DNA of 64,000 nucleotides from assembly GCF_009914755.1 (NCBI RefSeq), contig NC_060928.1. One strand, 5' to 3'. Every line of letters begins with the position of its first letter. Position 1 is the first letter of the stretch. Positions 1 to 13,369 of this stretch are shown piece after piece. This stretch comes from the human T2T-CHM13v2.0 reference genome, Homo sapiens. Under the pieces are notes generated by a model, which saw nothing but the letters and a program-made list of their open reading frames with translations, was not told the origin of the DNA and did not search any database. The translations under genes were made by a program, and so were the position numbers.

Positions 1-409
1 CCAGGGATCTTGGCTTAATCTGATCCTTTCTATTGATCTTAGGGAAGTAGGGAAATAAAAAACAGCTTTACCTCTTTAATAGCTAAACGTTAGAGAACCT
101 ACTACATTAAAGGTGTGGACATCAGAAAGGCGAGTGTCGATGGACTAGAGAGTATGGACCAGTGCAGCATAGAATGACCTGTCAGTCCTTAAAATGCTAT
201 GCAATTTGAGGCCTACATGCCTGGCCAGGGATAGCTTTTTTCTACCTAGCACTTCCCTACTCTTCTTTCATGAGCCACCTCAAATATCATTTCTTCTATG
301 AGACATTTCCATACAATGTCCATCATCTCCTCGAAGAATATACACTTCTTATACTCTGGTGTTGTTCTGTGTAATTCAATAGTACTACTCACATTATAAT
401 ATCATCAGC

Positions 410-631
410 TCATGTTATTCCACAGGGCAACTTCCCCCATCCCACCCCTTCCCCCACCCCCAGCAAACACTGGCCAGTGTCTGGGGATAGTTTTGGTTGT
501 CGCATCTAAGAAGAGGGCTGTTTGCTACCAGCATCTAATGAGTAGAGGCAAGGATACTGCTAAACATCGTACACAGGACAGCCCTCCACAACAAGTAATT
601 ATCCTGCTCAAAAAAGTCCGTTGAGAAACAG
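410..631 (+). mobile_element. MER20 hAT-Charlie DNA transposon (MITE)
   Basis: Matches recalled MER20 consensus blocks: TGTCTGGGGATAGTTTTGGTTGTC, GCTACCAGCATCTAATGAGTAGAGGCAAGGATACTGCTAAACATC, CACAGGACAGCCCTCCACAACAA and the terminal GTTGAGAAAC. Confidence 0.85.
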
Positions 632-904
632 TAAAATCACTATTTCTGAAAAATATATATATTTATTTACCATTATATTGTATTTTTTATTCAAGATGTT
701 AACTTTTAACTTCTCTTAAATTTTCTGATATATTGGCTTTAAGAGGATTTATTTTTCCAAAATGAAAAAACAAAACATAATGGTATACAGCATAATTATA
801 AATATGTAAAATATACTGAGGAGTTAGAAAACAGAAATAATTCCTCAGAAAAGCAGCCCATTTAAAAACGCTCACTAAATTTTAGGACCAAAGTAAGAAC
901 CATT

Positions 905-1940
<1,036 letters not shown>

Positions 1941-1999
1941 AAGGAAAGAAGGAATTTGTGAATCTGAGGTCACTTTTGCAGATATCAGTTGGCATCCAG

Positions 2000-2310
2000 T
2001 TTCTTTCTTTTTTTTTTTTTGAAACAGAGTCTCACTCTGTCGCCCAGGTTGGAGTGCAGTGGCGCTCTCTTGGCTCACTGGCTCACTGCAACCCCCACCT
2101 CCCAGGTTCAAGCAATTCTCTGCCTCAGCCTCCCGAGTGGCTGGGATTACAGGTGCCCGCCACCACACCTGGCTAATTTTTTTGTGTTTTTTAGTAGAGA
2201 TGTGGTTTCGCCATCTTGGCCAGGCTGCTCTTGAACTCCTGACCTCGTGATTCACCCGCTTCGGCCTCCCAGAGTGTTGGGATTACAGGTGTGAGCCACT
2301 GCGTCCCGCC
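2000..2310 (-). mobile_element. AluS (Sg/Sc-like), full length
   Basis: Poly-T then Alu body, with the CCTGACCTCGTGAT form. TSD is GGCAT(A)CCAGTTTCT at 1991-2004 and 2311-2325. There is an internal 8-bp duplication (GCTCACTG) at 2073-2088. Confidence 0.95.
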
Positions 2311-3605
2311 GGCATACCAGTTTCTGACATTACTGCAAAATATAACTATAGTCATTGCTGTGTTATTTCAAATAATGATTAAGAAATACAAAAAGAGATG
2401 AGTAACATACTTATCATTGTCATATAACTTCTCACACAACTTGGTTTTACAGGAAATTGTTCTCTTTTATTAAGTTAATTGATAATTCACATACAGAAAT
2501 TTCTGGAGAAAATTTCCCTAAAAGATTCATGTTTGGATACCATTAGACTGAAGAATACTTTCTTTTTCCTAGTGTGAAGGAAATGTGTTCTAATTGACCT
2601 GTATTATTTTTAGATGCGTGTGACTAACCACCACTGAAACGAATTCTATGATTTACCAGTTCCTCAACCAAAATCCCCATTAAATATGAATATTCTTGGA
2701 ATGCTTCTTCCATAAGATAAAGTTGTCGTTTTTATTTATTATATTTTGCTATGGCTGTCCATTATTCTAATATTATTTTCAGATTATATCTTAATCTATT
2801 GGGTAATCAATGAGCAATGTTCTCTATAATAAATACTGCTCATTCTCCTCCTCCCCAAAACAAAACCATAAGCTTGTCCATTAGTTTTGACTCCTTGATA
2901 CTTCCATTTGCCAGAATGTGGCATATTGCAAAGTTGTAGTCAGTAATTATTTGTACCACCATATTTTTCTGCGTACAACAAAAAAAATCTCATATTACTT
3001 ATCACAGTCTGCAGTTACTACTTAATCGAAATAGCAAGGGAATCTAAGACTCAAAAATAAGTTCTTAATCAAAAGTGTTAAGTAGGAAGTTTGGGAGAAA
3101 AGTAATTTGTACCTATTAATATTTGCATTGAAAATTTAAGAGTTGATAAGGCACCTGCAACGTCACAAATGTGCACAAATTATTATGGCAAAATCTCTCT
3201 TAAGATACAAGTTGAGTAACATGTAAAGGCCATTTATTATCCGAAAATTCCCTATTGGTAATAAATAAGATTTTAATATAAAATTTTCTTTGTATAGACT
3301 TATCCCAATGAATGGAGCAGCTTTATACATTTGTCACCATTTCTACCTTAGTAGGAAGCTATTGAAAAGTGATCACTACTGCCTTTCATTAGCCCCTAGT
3401 ATTCCATAACATTCTCCCAGTGGCTCTCGGTGTGGGCAAGAGGATGGCAAGGAGGGAGTGATGTTCTAACAGGCAAGCAGGAAATATTTCTCTTCTAGCC
3501 TTACCTCAACCAAGGAAGCTCCTTTGGCTATGATTGGAAAAAACGGTAGGGAACAAAAGTTTTTAAACTATAGTTTTGAAAGAAAGTAAGGATGGAAAAA
3601 GTTAA

Positions 3606-3920
<315 letters not shown>

Positions 3921-3956
3921 CAAAAAGTTAATTCTTACGTGTTAAGATTTACTGTT

Positions 3957-4187
3957 GAGAACACCTGGACACATAGAGGGGAACAACATGCACTGGGGCC
4001 TATCAGAGGGTGGAGGGTGGGAAGTGAGAGAGGATCAGGAAAAACAGCTGATGTGTGCTAGGCTTAATACTTGGGTGGTGAAATAATCTGTACAATAAAC
4101 CCCCATGACACACGTTTACCTATGTAACAAACCTGCACATGTACCCATGAACTTAAAGGTAAAAAAAAAAAAAAGAAAGAAAAAGAA
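3957..4187 (+). mobile_element. 5'-truncated primate L1 (older L1PA/L1PB-type) 3' end with poly(A)
   Basis: GAGAACACCTGGACACATAGAGGGGAACAAC...G-rich tract...TTTACCTATGTAACAAACCTGCACATGTACCC followed by an A-tail. TTTACTGTT is repeated on both flanks (TSD core). Confidence 0.9.
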
Positions 4188-5868
4188 ACTTTACTGTTTA
4201 ATTAATAGTACAAAACAGGTACAAAGACTGAGGTCTTATACAAGAGTTGAGGTGTCCAAGCTTTAGCTTAAGCTGTATCTGTTATTAGGATTGAATCTTC
4301 TTGAGTGGGCCTGTTGAACTGGTAAAGTATACCTGCTAGGACTCAACTTGAAAGAGAATTTGAGGAGACACCTGAAGAAAGAAAACAAAATGTCAGGCAG
4401 AAAAATCTGGCTCAGAAAAGAGAAAAAAATATTCCTGAGACAGAACAGTATTTGAATGAAGATTTGGTAAGGAATAGGACTGTTACATGCAAACTTTAAA
4501 AAGTCATTTCACTAAAATGTAGTAAGACATAGGACACAATGCTTTTGAATCCCTTTAACAGATTTTACATAAAAATGAGGAATTAATGCAATTACTCATT
4601 TTACTAGAACCCCAAGCAACTCTCATAACACCAGTTTCCCAAATGCAATAGAGTTGCCAGGGAACATGACAGACCAAGCAGAAGCACTGGGGGCACCTTT
4701 CAGAGATGGCAAAACCTGGCAAGAGCAACAGTAGTCTGTGGGTGCAGCAATACGTGAATGATACTGCAGTGCCAAGGAGAAAGGCCCAGAACAAGAAGAG
4801 AGGAAAAGTACTGTCCCTGGCAAATAATGGCTACGTCTGCGAAGCCTGGTTCATGTGTATGTGTAGGAACTTACCCGGCACATGCAGATGGGGACCAAGA
4901 GTGGCTGGAACATGATGGCAACTCTACCATTTGTACCTACAGCCTTGGTGAGGCCTGGGAAAACACTAGGGGCACTTATGACTCATGAAATTCACAAATT
5001 AATTCTTGATTCATACGATCTTTTAATCTTCACATTCTTCATTCACTTTCATTAGCTGACACTGCTGAGTTAGTCTCTCTTGAAATATCACTGATGTGGA
5101 TATTAATGAAGTCTTTGGAAGTTTTGCTTATTCTTCAATGGAAGTGACTATTATCTTTGATAACTCAATGTAGATTTTTATTTCAAATATCAATCACTTG
5201 CATAATCCATAAGCCATCGGTAGTCTTTACCTGGAATTTAAATGAGAATCATTACTGTATATTAATTTAAACTTTTATCTTGGGCATTAAAAACATCCAA
5301 TAGACTAAACATATGTTTGAGGAACAATGCAAAATCTTTCCAAATATAAAGTGCTCAGAGTAGGATAATGACAAGTATCTCACTTCTTTATTGATCCCAT
5401 CTTCCTTCTATTTTAAGGACTTTTGTCATGGAGTTGTGGAGTTGGAGACGTACCTCCATATGCCATATGGTTTGTCCTTCTGTCTTCACACAGATGGTGG
5501 TCTCCATACTTTAATATATCTCCAGTGATCTCCTCCTTTTGTGCTCATACCACTGTGAATATAAAAATTCCTATGCAGAGAGAACATATAGCTTTCCAAA
5601 CCCTATATTGCTTTTAGGTCCTAGAAGTATTTTGCTATTCCATTATTACTGTTTTTCCTTCCCACTGATTATATTGGAAACGCCAAGCCAAGTAGGTAGT
5701 GAGGCAGGCCAAAGTAGGAAGTACAAAGTCCTGGAAATAAGACATGACTACTGAAGTGAGATACACCAACTAAGCCGATCCCTGCAAAGTGTTTGTGGTT
5801 TTAAAAAGAGAATGAGGCAAATGTACCAATAACAGTAATATAAATAGACGGTAGATTGCAGTAAACTG

Positions 5869-6414
5869 GTTCGGTAGGCAGAATAATGCCTCCCATCCTG
5901 CAGAGATGTTCATGCCCTAATCCTCGGAACCTGTGAGTATGTTACCTTATGTGGCAAAAGGAAATTTGCAGGTGTGATTAATTTAAGGACCTTGAGATGG
6001 GGAGAGTATCCTGAATTATCCAGGTAGGCACAGTCTAATCAAGTGGGTTGTTAAAAATGAAGACTTTTTCCCAGATGTGGTAAGAAGGAATAATGATCAG
6101 AGTCAGAGGAAGTCAGGGAATATGTGACAATGGAAGAAGAGTCAGAGATGTGATGTTGCAAACTTTGAAGATGGTGAAGATGGAGGAAAGGTCTATGAGC
6201 AGAGGAATGTGGGCAGTCACTAGAGACTACAAAAGGCAAGAGACAGATTCTCCCCTAGAGCCTCCATCCAGAAAGGAGCACAGCCCTGCACGGGCCTTGA
6301 TTTTACTCCAGTGAGACATCTAACGCACACACAACTGTAAGGTAGCCAAATTGTATCATTTTAAGCCACTAAGTGTGTGGTGGTTTGTTATAGCAGCAGT
6401 AGAAAACTACCACA
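5869..6414 (+). mobile_element. MaLR solo LTR, MLT1D-like
   Basis: Starts GGTAGGCAGAATAATG...CCTAATCC...TATGTTACCTTATGTGGCAAAAGG and ends AAGCCACTAAG...TTTGTTATAGCAGCAGTAGAAAACTA. Confidence 0.88.
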
Positions 6415-6429
6415 GTTGGGTCTACTTTC

Positions 6430-7105
6430 TTCCGCCCTTGATTGCCTACGTTCCAGTCTCAAAATAGCATCCAGAGTGATCCTAAAACAAAAATCAGATG
6501 CTGTCTCTCTTCTACTCAAAAGCAAGAAGCTACTCAAGTGCCTTCCTACCTCTCTCAGAGTAAAACCGAAAATCTTCCTAATAGCCTCCAAGGTCCAACA
6601 TGGCCTATCCCTTAATTTTTTTCAGACATTATCTCCTGCTCCTTTCTCACTCTGCTCCAGCCACAGGGACCACCTTGCTCTTCCTAGAACTCATCAGGCA
6701 TGCTTCTGCTGTAGGACTCTGTGCTTGGTGTCTCTACACGGAAAAATCACTTTCTCCAGAGAGCTGCAGGATTCACTTCTGTGCCTTTTAGGTCCTTGCT
6801 CCAATAACACCTAATCAAGTGAATCTTCCGTGACTGCAAATGAATTGGAATTGAAACCCCCCATTCCCGTCCTCAGTACTTCCTATCCAATTTTCTTGCT
6901 CATTTTTCTGTCACAACACTTCTTCCATTTTACATCTATTTTACATATTTATATGGTTCATTATCTTTCTCTCTCCATGAGAATGTAAGTCCAACCAGCA
7001 CATAGAATTTTGTCTGTTTTATTTATTTCTGATTCTCTGGTGCCTAGAACATTGCTTGGCACATAGTAGGTGCTTAATACATATTAAGTGAATAAATGAA
7101 TGAAT
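6430..7105 (+). mobile_element. L2a LINE 3' end
   Basis: CCAGAGTGATCCT...TCAGAT..., and the typical L2 terminus GCCTAGAACATTGCTTGGCACATAGTAGGTGCTTAATA...TGAATAAATGAATGAAT. Confidence 0.85.
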
Positions 7106-7546
7106 ATGATAAGAGAATTAAAATGGAGACTAACCTTGGATGTTTATTCTTTTATTGATGTCATAATAACATTTATATTCAACCTGACCTAGGTATAAGT
7201 CACTTAAAAACAGCATATAGCTCCCAACACAAGCCAGTAATTTTATAGATTATCCTGGATTACTTAGGCTCACAATTAGCCTTTCTCTAACTCAAGATCT
7301 CTGAGTATTCAAGCTTATTTCTCAGAAACTTAGCATCAGTTTACAAGTATCTGTGATTGTAAAATTTCCACTGGCACCTTGTTTTGAATCACTCATTTGG
7401 CCTTGCCAAGTTGGGATATACTTAGCAGCATATATGCCGCCTTTCCACAGCCTCTTCTTAAATTGAAGTGCATTGAACACAAGGGCCATAAGTAATTTCT
7501 CTATCACTGACAACTATCAAGGTTCCCTGGAAAGTAGTTTTTAGTA

Positions 7547-7547
<1 letters not shown>

Positions 7548-7586
<39 letters not shown>
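7548..7586. repeat. (CA)n microsatellite
   Basis: Directly visible CA run. Confidence 0.98.
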
Positions 7587-7589
<3 letters not shown>

Positions 7590-8577
7590 TTTTCAGTCAA
7601 ATTTCTTTCTTCCTTCTCTCTTTATTTTCATTTCAACTTCATTAAAATTTTCCAAGTCTTCCCTGGAGTTAGGTCTTCCTTCCCCACCCCAAATCAATAT
7701 GGGTATCATTTACTCTGGGGGGTTATTGATTCAGTGTACCTAGTTTAAAGAGCTCATAACTGTGTTGGCATTTTATCATGAAACTTTGTCATTCTCACAG
7801 AGGAATAACCCCAAACCTTTGGGGTACCTGCCATTTGGAACTGTTTTTTTTCCCCCCAATTAGGGTTTCTACAAAATGTTATTTGTTATTATTATTACTT
7901 TTGGAAATCAGTGTCCTGATAGGGTAGTGTATTGAAACTGATTTATAATAAAAAGCTGTAGTTGTTTTAAATTTCACAGTATCCAGTGTGACTAGATTTT
8001 TAATTAATATCCATTATCTCATATAGATCTGACAACAGCATAGAGGTGTGTAAAGAGTAAAAATTGATATTCACTATGACTCAGGCTAGTATAAATTGCC
8101 TAAGGTTAAATGATTGTCTGAGAATCTGAAGTGTTGGTGGGGAAGATGATACACTGTGATATTGTACCATATTGTGATGCCCAGTATTGTGATGTCAATC
8201 CAGAGTTTTGCTAATGAGCCATGTTTTTATTCCATAATAACCTCGAGTAGATATCACCTAGTGGCTGTTCGTATATTTTCATTGAAAGAAAATTCAACAC
8301 TTTAGGAACACTTTAGAAGATCTTATTCCATTATTGAAAAGATGTTATTCTTAGACAGCTCTTAACTAAAGGCAAAAAATCTGATTTCCAATGATTTTCC
8401 CTTCATTAGCGCAAGTTGTTCTGACTTCTAGGGTAATACAAAGTATACAGTACTCCCCTCCACGTTTGGCAATATAGGTAGCAAGATTGTGAAGATACAT
8501 CCATGGTAAGGAATCTCTTTCTTGGGTTTGAAAATTCTATCAAAGAACAAACAAAGCAAGCATTTACATAAGTTACA

Positions 8578-8718
8578 GAGCAGTGCTTCTCAAATAACAA
8601 GGGCATACATACCCACATCAAGACGGCAAAGAGTCACTGTATCAGCTGAGAAATAGGAGTTTGACTATATTCTTCAGATGTATTAAACAGAAGAAAAGCT
8701 GAGAATCACTGCTGTAGA
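8578..8718. mobile_element. MER5-family hAT MITE remnant
   Basis: Inverted termini AGAGCAGTGCTTCTCA ... TGAGAATCACTGCTGT. Confidence 0.6.
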
Positions 8719-11700
8719 GAATAGAATGATTTCCATTGTTCCAAAGACAAAATATGAACTATGTTGGACTTTTCATTACTCCATTTTTGAGCTCTGGCAC
8801 ACATAACTTATGAATGCCCCAAAGGCAAGGTATCACTCTGTTCCTGTCTCTTTCCTTGAGCTAGATAAATATATCTGCCTAATGGAGGAAGTTCATAATG
8901 ACCATTAAAATTATAATTCTCTTTCTAAATACAAGTAATAAAGCTTATGCTAAAACATGTTAATAACCATTTTTGAGTGAGTGGATTGCTCATTTTCTGG
9001 TGCTCTCAGAAGCCCAGGCTCATCCTTTAAATGCTAGAGAAGCAAATGATGCTTCTCAGTCATCACACCTGGGGAAAAGTCTCTGTAGAGCTGGTGAGTT
9101 GTAGAGCAGGAAACTTAGAGAGAGGCACTGTAGTATGAAAGCAGAATTGTGTATGCTTCTGCAAGTGTATTCAAAACTGAGACGTACAATGTTGTCAATG
9201 CTCTGCTTTAATGAGCATTAAAATCACTTAAAAAAAAACAACCAAACACTCCTTTTCAGTAAACAAGCTTCTTAGTTAAATGCCTTATTTAGTGATTACA
9301 GAAAAAGCATTTAGTTGTAATTTCGCCTACATGATTTGGTTTAAGAATATTTATATTCTATTTTACTCTGGAAACTACATTCAGAGATTATCAAAGGAGG
9401 AATATAATAAAGAAAAAAAGATTGTGTATTTACTTAATTTTTTATATTGAAATTATGTTCGGGGTTTAAAAGACTTAAGGGGGTGTTTAAAAAGAATGCT
9501 ATTTTGCTTTATATTTTCAAGGAATGGGGACCTATTTCTAATTAAAGTGCAATAAAAATCAAATAACTAGAAAAATATTTCTAGAAGAAATCTTAAGGAA
9601 ATGTTTAATCACATTTTGAGGATAATAACTCACATGGGATTATGTTGATTGTATACTGGTTATTTGTAAAATTATACCTAATAGCCTAAAACGACTGACA
9701 GATTTCAAAACTGCTTTTACTTCAGGAGGATCCCTGTTCTTTAGGATATAGGGTCTGGGGAGAAAGAAGTCAAGAAAGCTGGTTAAACCTCTTGAGGAAA
9801 AGGAACAATGTGGTGTCATTTTCTTGGCCTTTAGTAGTAGTATAAATGAGTCAAATGTTTTGATTACTGTATATACAACTAATTTTGGACTTATATTTAA
9901 GTTGTGGTGCAATTTTAAGTAAAGTGGGACCCTTACTCCTAGAAATCTCTCCTTTTTCCTCATCTAGAATCAGTCCGTTCTCTCCTACCACAGAATTCAT
10001 TGATTCAAATAAAATTTTAAATCAGCTTTGCACTGTACTTTTGCTACCAAATGTTGTGATGGAAAAGGTAAAGAAGGGGAATAAATTTAAAAATAATTAT
10101 AATACAGTACATGCAGTAAAAGCAAAAAGTAGAAAGCCCCTACTCTTAGCTATGGAAATACTCACCCGTGAGAGGTCAACTCTACCCAAATATGAGTATC
10201 AAAGAAGGAACCATACAAGAGTTTATGTTAAGAACTAGGTCTTAATGTATAATAGAGGGGGTATGCAAATATCCTGCAAGAGAAACCAGCTTTCTTAAAG
10301 TCAAGAAAGTTTAGAAGAACATAACATGTCAAGGAGATAGGCAAATAGGACAGTATGTTGTCTATAAAATACGGTACATGGAGTGGATGGACAAAAGTGA
10401 GGCTCGAAGGTTAGGTTGCAGAAAAATTATGAACAATTCCATGTGCCATGAAAATAAGGTTGGTCTTAGTCCTGCACACAATGGAAGTTTTACGTGGGCT
10501 CATCTTCACCTGGTAGACTCCCTTAGGACAGGGTCTGTCTGCACTCACATGTTTTCGAACTAGACTCCATGCCCAGTGTATACCTCAATGCATAGCACAT
10601 GTTTAATGCCCTGTAAATATTTTTTGGATGAATGAATAAGTACATGAATCATGCATGAAACCAAATTATTACAATAAAATCAAAAGTTGGTATGCAAGAA
10701 TTGAATGTGTCAGACATTAACCTCAAAACAAGGGGAACAAAAATGCAGACCAAATGCCAGTTTTGTCTTGTAATTGATTTTAAATATGAAAAAAGGACCA
10801 TTAGAGAGAAATTTTATTTAGAAGTTGACATTAATTTATTCCATTTTGGCAGAATATGTACAACATCCAATTTATTTATGCTACATTTAATTCAGATACA
10901 CAGAATTTTATTTTAACCTCTTTTTTTTGTTTTGGCCAACCCCTCTCTGCCACTGCAACCAACCGTTTTAAGATTAGAAATAAAGAGAATGGAAGAAAAA
11001 AATCCCTTCTGTCTGAGATCATCCCTGCTGACTCCCATCCTGTGATGCTTACTAACTATTGTTTATGTTCTGCTTTCTGTAAGTGCTTGTATGTGAAAAG
11101 CCATGCAGATGCCATGGCAATAAACATCACAGCAAGATGAAAATACATTTCTATTTTGAGAACCAAAGCAATCAATCAAATGATAGAGAGATGTACAGGT
11201 GTAGAGGGTTTTATATTCTGATTTTGAAAACTTGGTCCTTAGATATGGCATGCTTATTTCAGAAAGAGAATGAAAGGGCAGATGGGTGCCCATTTTTTCT
11301 TTGAAGTCAGGAATGCCTTTTTACAAAAGCGCCTCCTTCATGTCTGAAGTATATTTCTAGAAAGGAAGAGGGAGACCACTGTTCTTTGTCAGAGCTCAAA
11401 TAAACTCCACTCTCTGTTTTTAATTAGAAGAGAACCTGGTTTTGACTTTAGAAACTGAAAAATGAAATGATCAAGAGTCAAACACTTGGCAAGTCATCAT
11501 AAGAACTTGGCTGTGAAGGTACAGGATAAAGGAGCTCCTCAGTTTCACAAGCCTTACTAATCTGCATTTACAAACAGAGTTGACAGATTAGGAATCCTAG
11601 TAGGATGGGAAGCTTGGATTTAAGTTGTGATTTAAAATGAAGAATAATATTTTGCTTTCATTAGGTGTTATTCAAGCACAAGCCATTAGCAACAAATAGC

Positions 11701-11739
11701 CACAGGATGCCTACCCACAAGTACACTCTTTCAAGAGGC

Positions 11740-12560
11740 ATGTATCTGAGGATCTAAGAATGGAAATGATCTTGTCCCTACTTCCAGGAAGTTTAAAAGA
11801 TTGTTGTGGAGTTGAACAAGTAAATAGGCAAATAGAATGCAATGTGAGTATATATGAAAGGGAAGAGTGCAAAGAGCAATGGGAGTAGATATGAAGAGTT
11901 GAGTAACCTCCGCTAATTTGGGGTTAAGGAGTCAGGGTTAGATTCCAGAGAAATGAAGCCTAAGTTGAGTCCTGAAGCACAGGTGGGAGTTACTCAGTTG
12001 AAGGAAAAGAGCAACCAGGGCAAAAATCCAGGGATGAGCAAGTCAATGTCAGGTTCTGAGAACACAATGTGGCTGGAACATAAAGGGCCTGAAAGTGTTG
12101 AGAGATGAGGATGGAAGGAAGAGGAGGTGCCAGCACATGGAAAACAAAGAACTTAAAGCATCAGAGTAGGATAGTCAAATTGGTACTTGAGCTACATTCA
12201 TAAGACTAGGTTGAAAAAAGTTAAAACTAGAACTAGGAGAGCAATGAGGTTATTGTAACAGTCTAGGTGAAGAACGACCAGCCACAATCACATAAATGGT
12301 GGAGAGATCCAAAAATATAAAATGGGGGTAGAATTAATATGACTTGTGATTACCTAGAGGCAGGAATAGGAGAAGATAAGGATAATTTCTAGTTTCCTAT
12401 GTGGACAGCTGGATGAGTTGTTGTGCATTCTATGACATATGGAATGCAGAGGATGAGCATATTTGACTGAGACAGATGTGTGGCAGTGAATAGAGATGAG
12501 GAGGGAGAAAGTAAGTTGACTTTGAGGAATCTGTGGGATAATCAGTGAAGACATTCAAGA
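11740..12560 (-). mobile_element. Degraded L2 LINE
   Basis: Purine-rich text resembling antisense L2 (GAAGCCTAAGTTGAGTCCTGAAG, AGGTTATTGTAACAGTCTAGGTGA). Boundaries are approximate. Confidence 0.6.
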
Positions 12561-13369
12561 CATTGAGTTTAAAGCAAATATTTTATATAAAAATTATGAA
12601 TATATAGAAACAAAGTAGGAAAAAGTCTTTCTGTTCTTTATATTCTGAAGTCCTTGTGATTAGCTATCTATCAATGGCAATTGTGAAAAACAAACCTATG
12701 GCTTTCAGAAATACAAAAGTGATATTTTATAGTCTGTGGCTGAAAATCTTTTCCCAATGGTAGCTTTCTATAGATATATTGATAAACTATAAAGTAAATC
12801 CTATTATAACCCATGTTATTTTATTGAACTAACACTTTTTGTGTAAAAACTGGTATAGTGAGTTTCATACTTAGAAATGATATTATTGTTAGATCATTAT
12901 GCTATTCTATTTAACTATATCAAGGTATGTGTGATTGAAGAAATTGTCTTTCTGCAGTATTGTATTTTATTCAATGAACGTTTAGATTAGATCAAGTTAG
13001 TTCCAGCGAAATTCAAATTACATTATGTATTTCTCTATGGAAACTAATCAATGCCTAAGATAAAATGAATTATACGAAGTTAGAACAATAATAAACATAT
13101 TTTAAAATATAATTTTGGGGTCTATAATAGAAAGTTTGAATAAATTATACAAAATTACCTTTTCAACCATAGCATATAACACGTTACAGAAAAATAAGCC
13201 AGGCAAAATTCTGATTAGTGGTCATCCTCCTCCAAAGACCAGCATTTTGTCTGCAGTGTAAAGAAACTAACAAATAACATTTTCTAACACTTGATATCAG
13301 CACATTTCTCTTAGTTAAAAATAAGATAAAAAAATAAAAATAAGAAAAAATAAATTTCATATTTTCTTT

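Noticed and set aside
6377-6814. 145-aa plus-strand ORF
   Set aside because: It reads through the MLT1 LTR end into L2, starts at a non-ATG codon, and shows no homology I recognise
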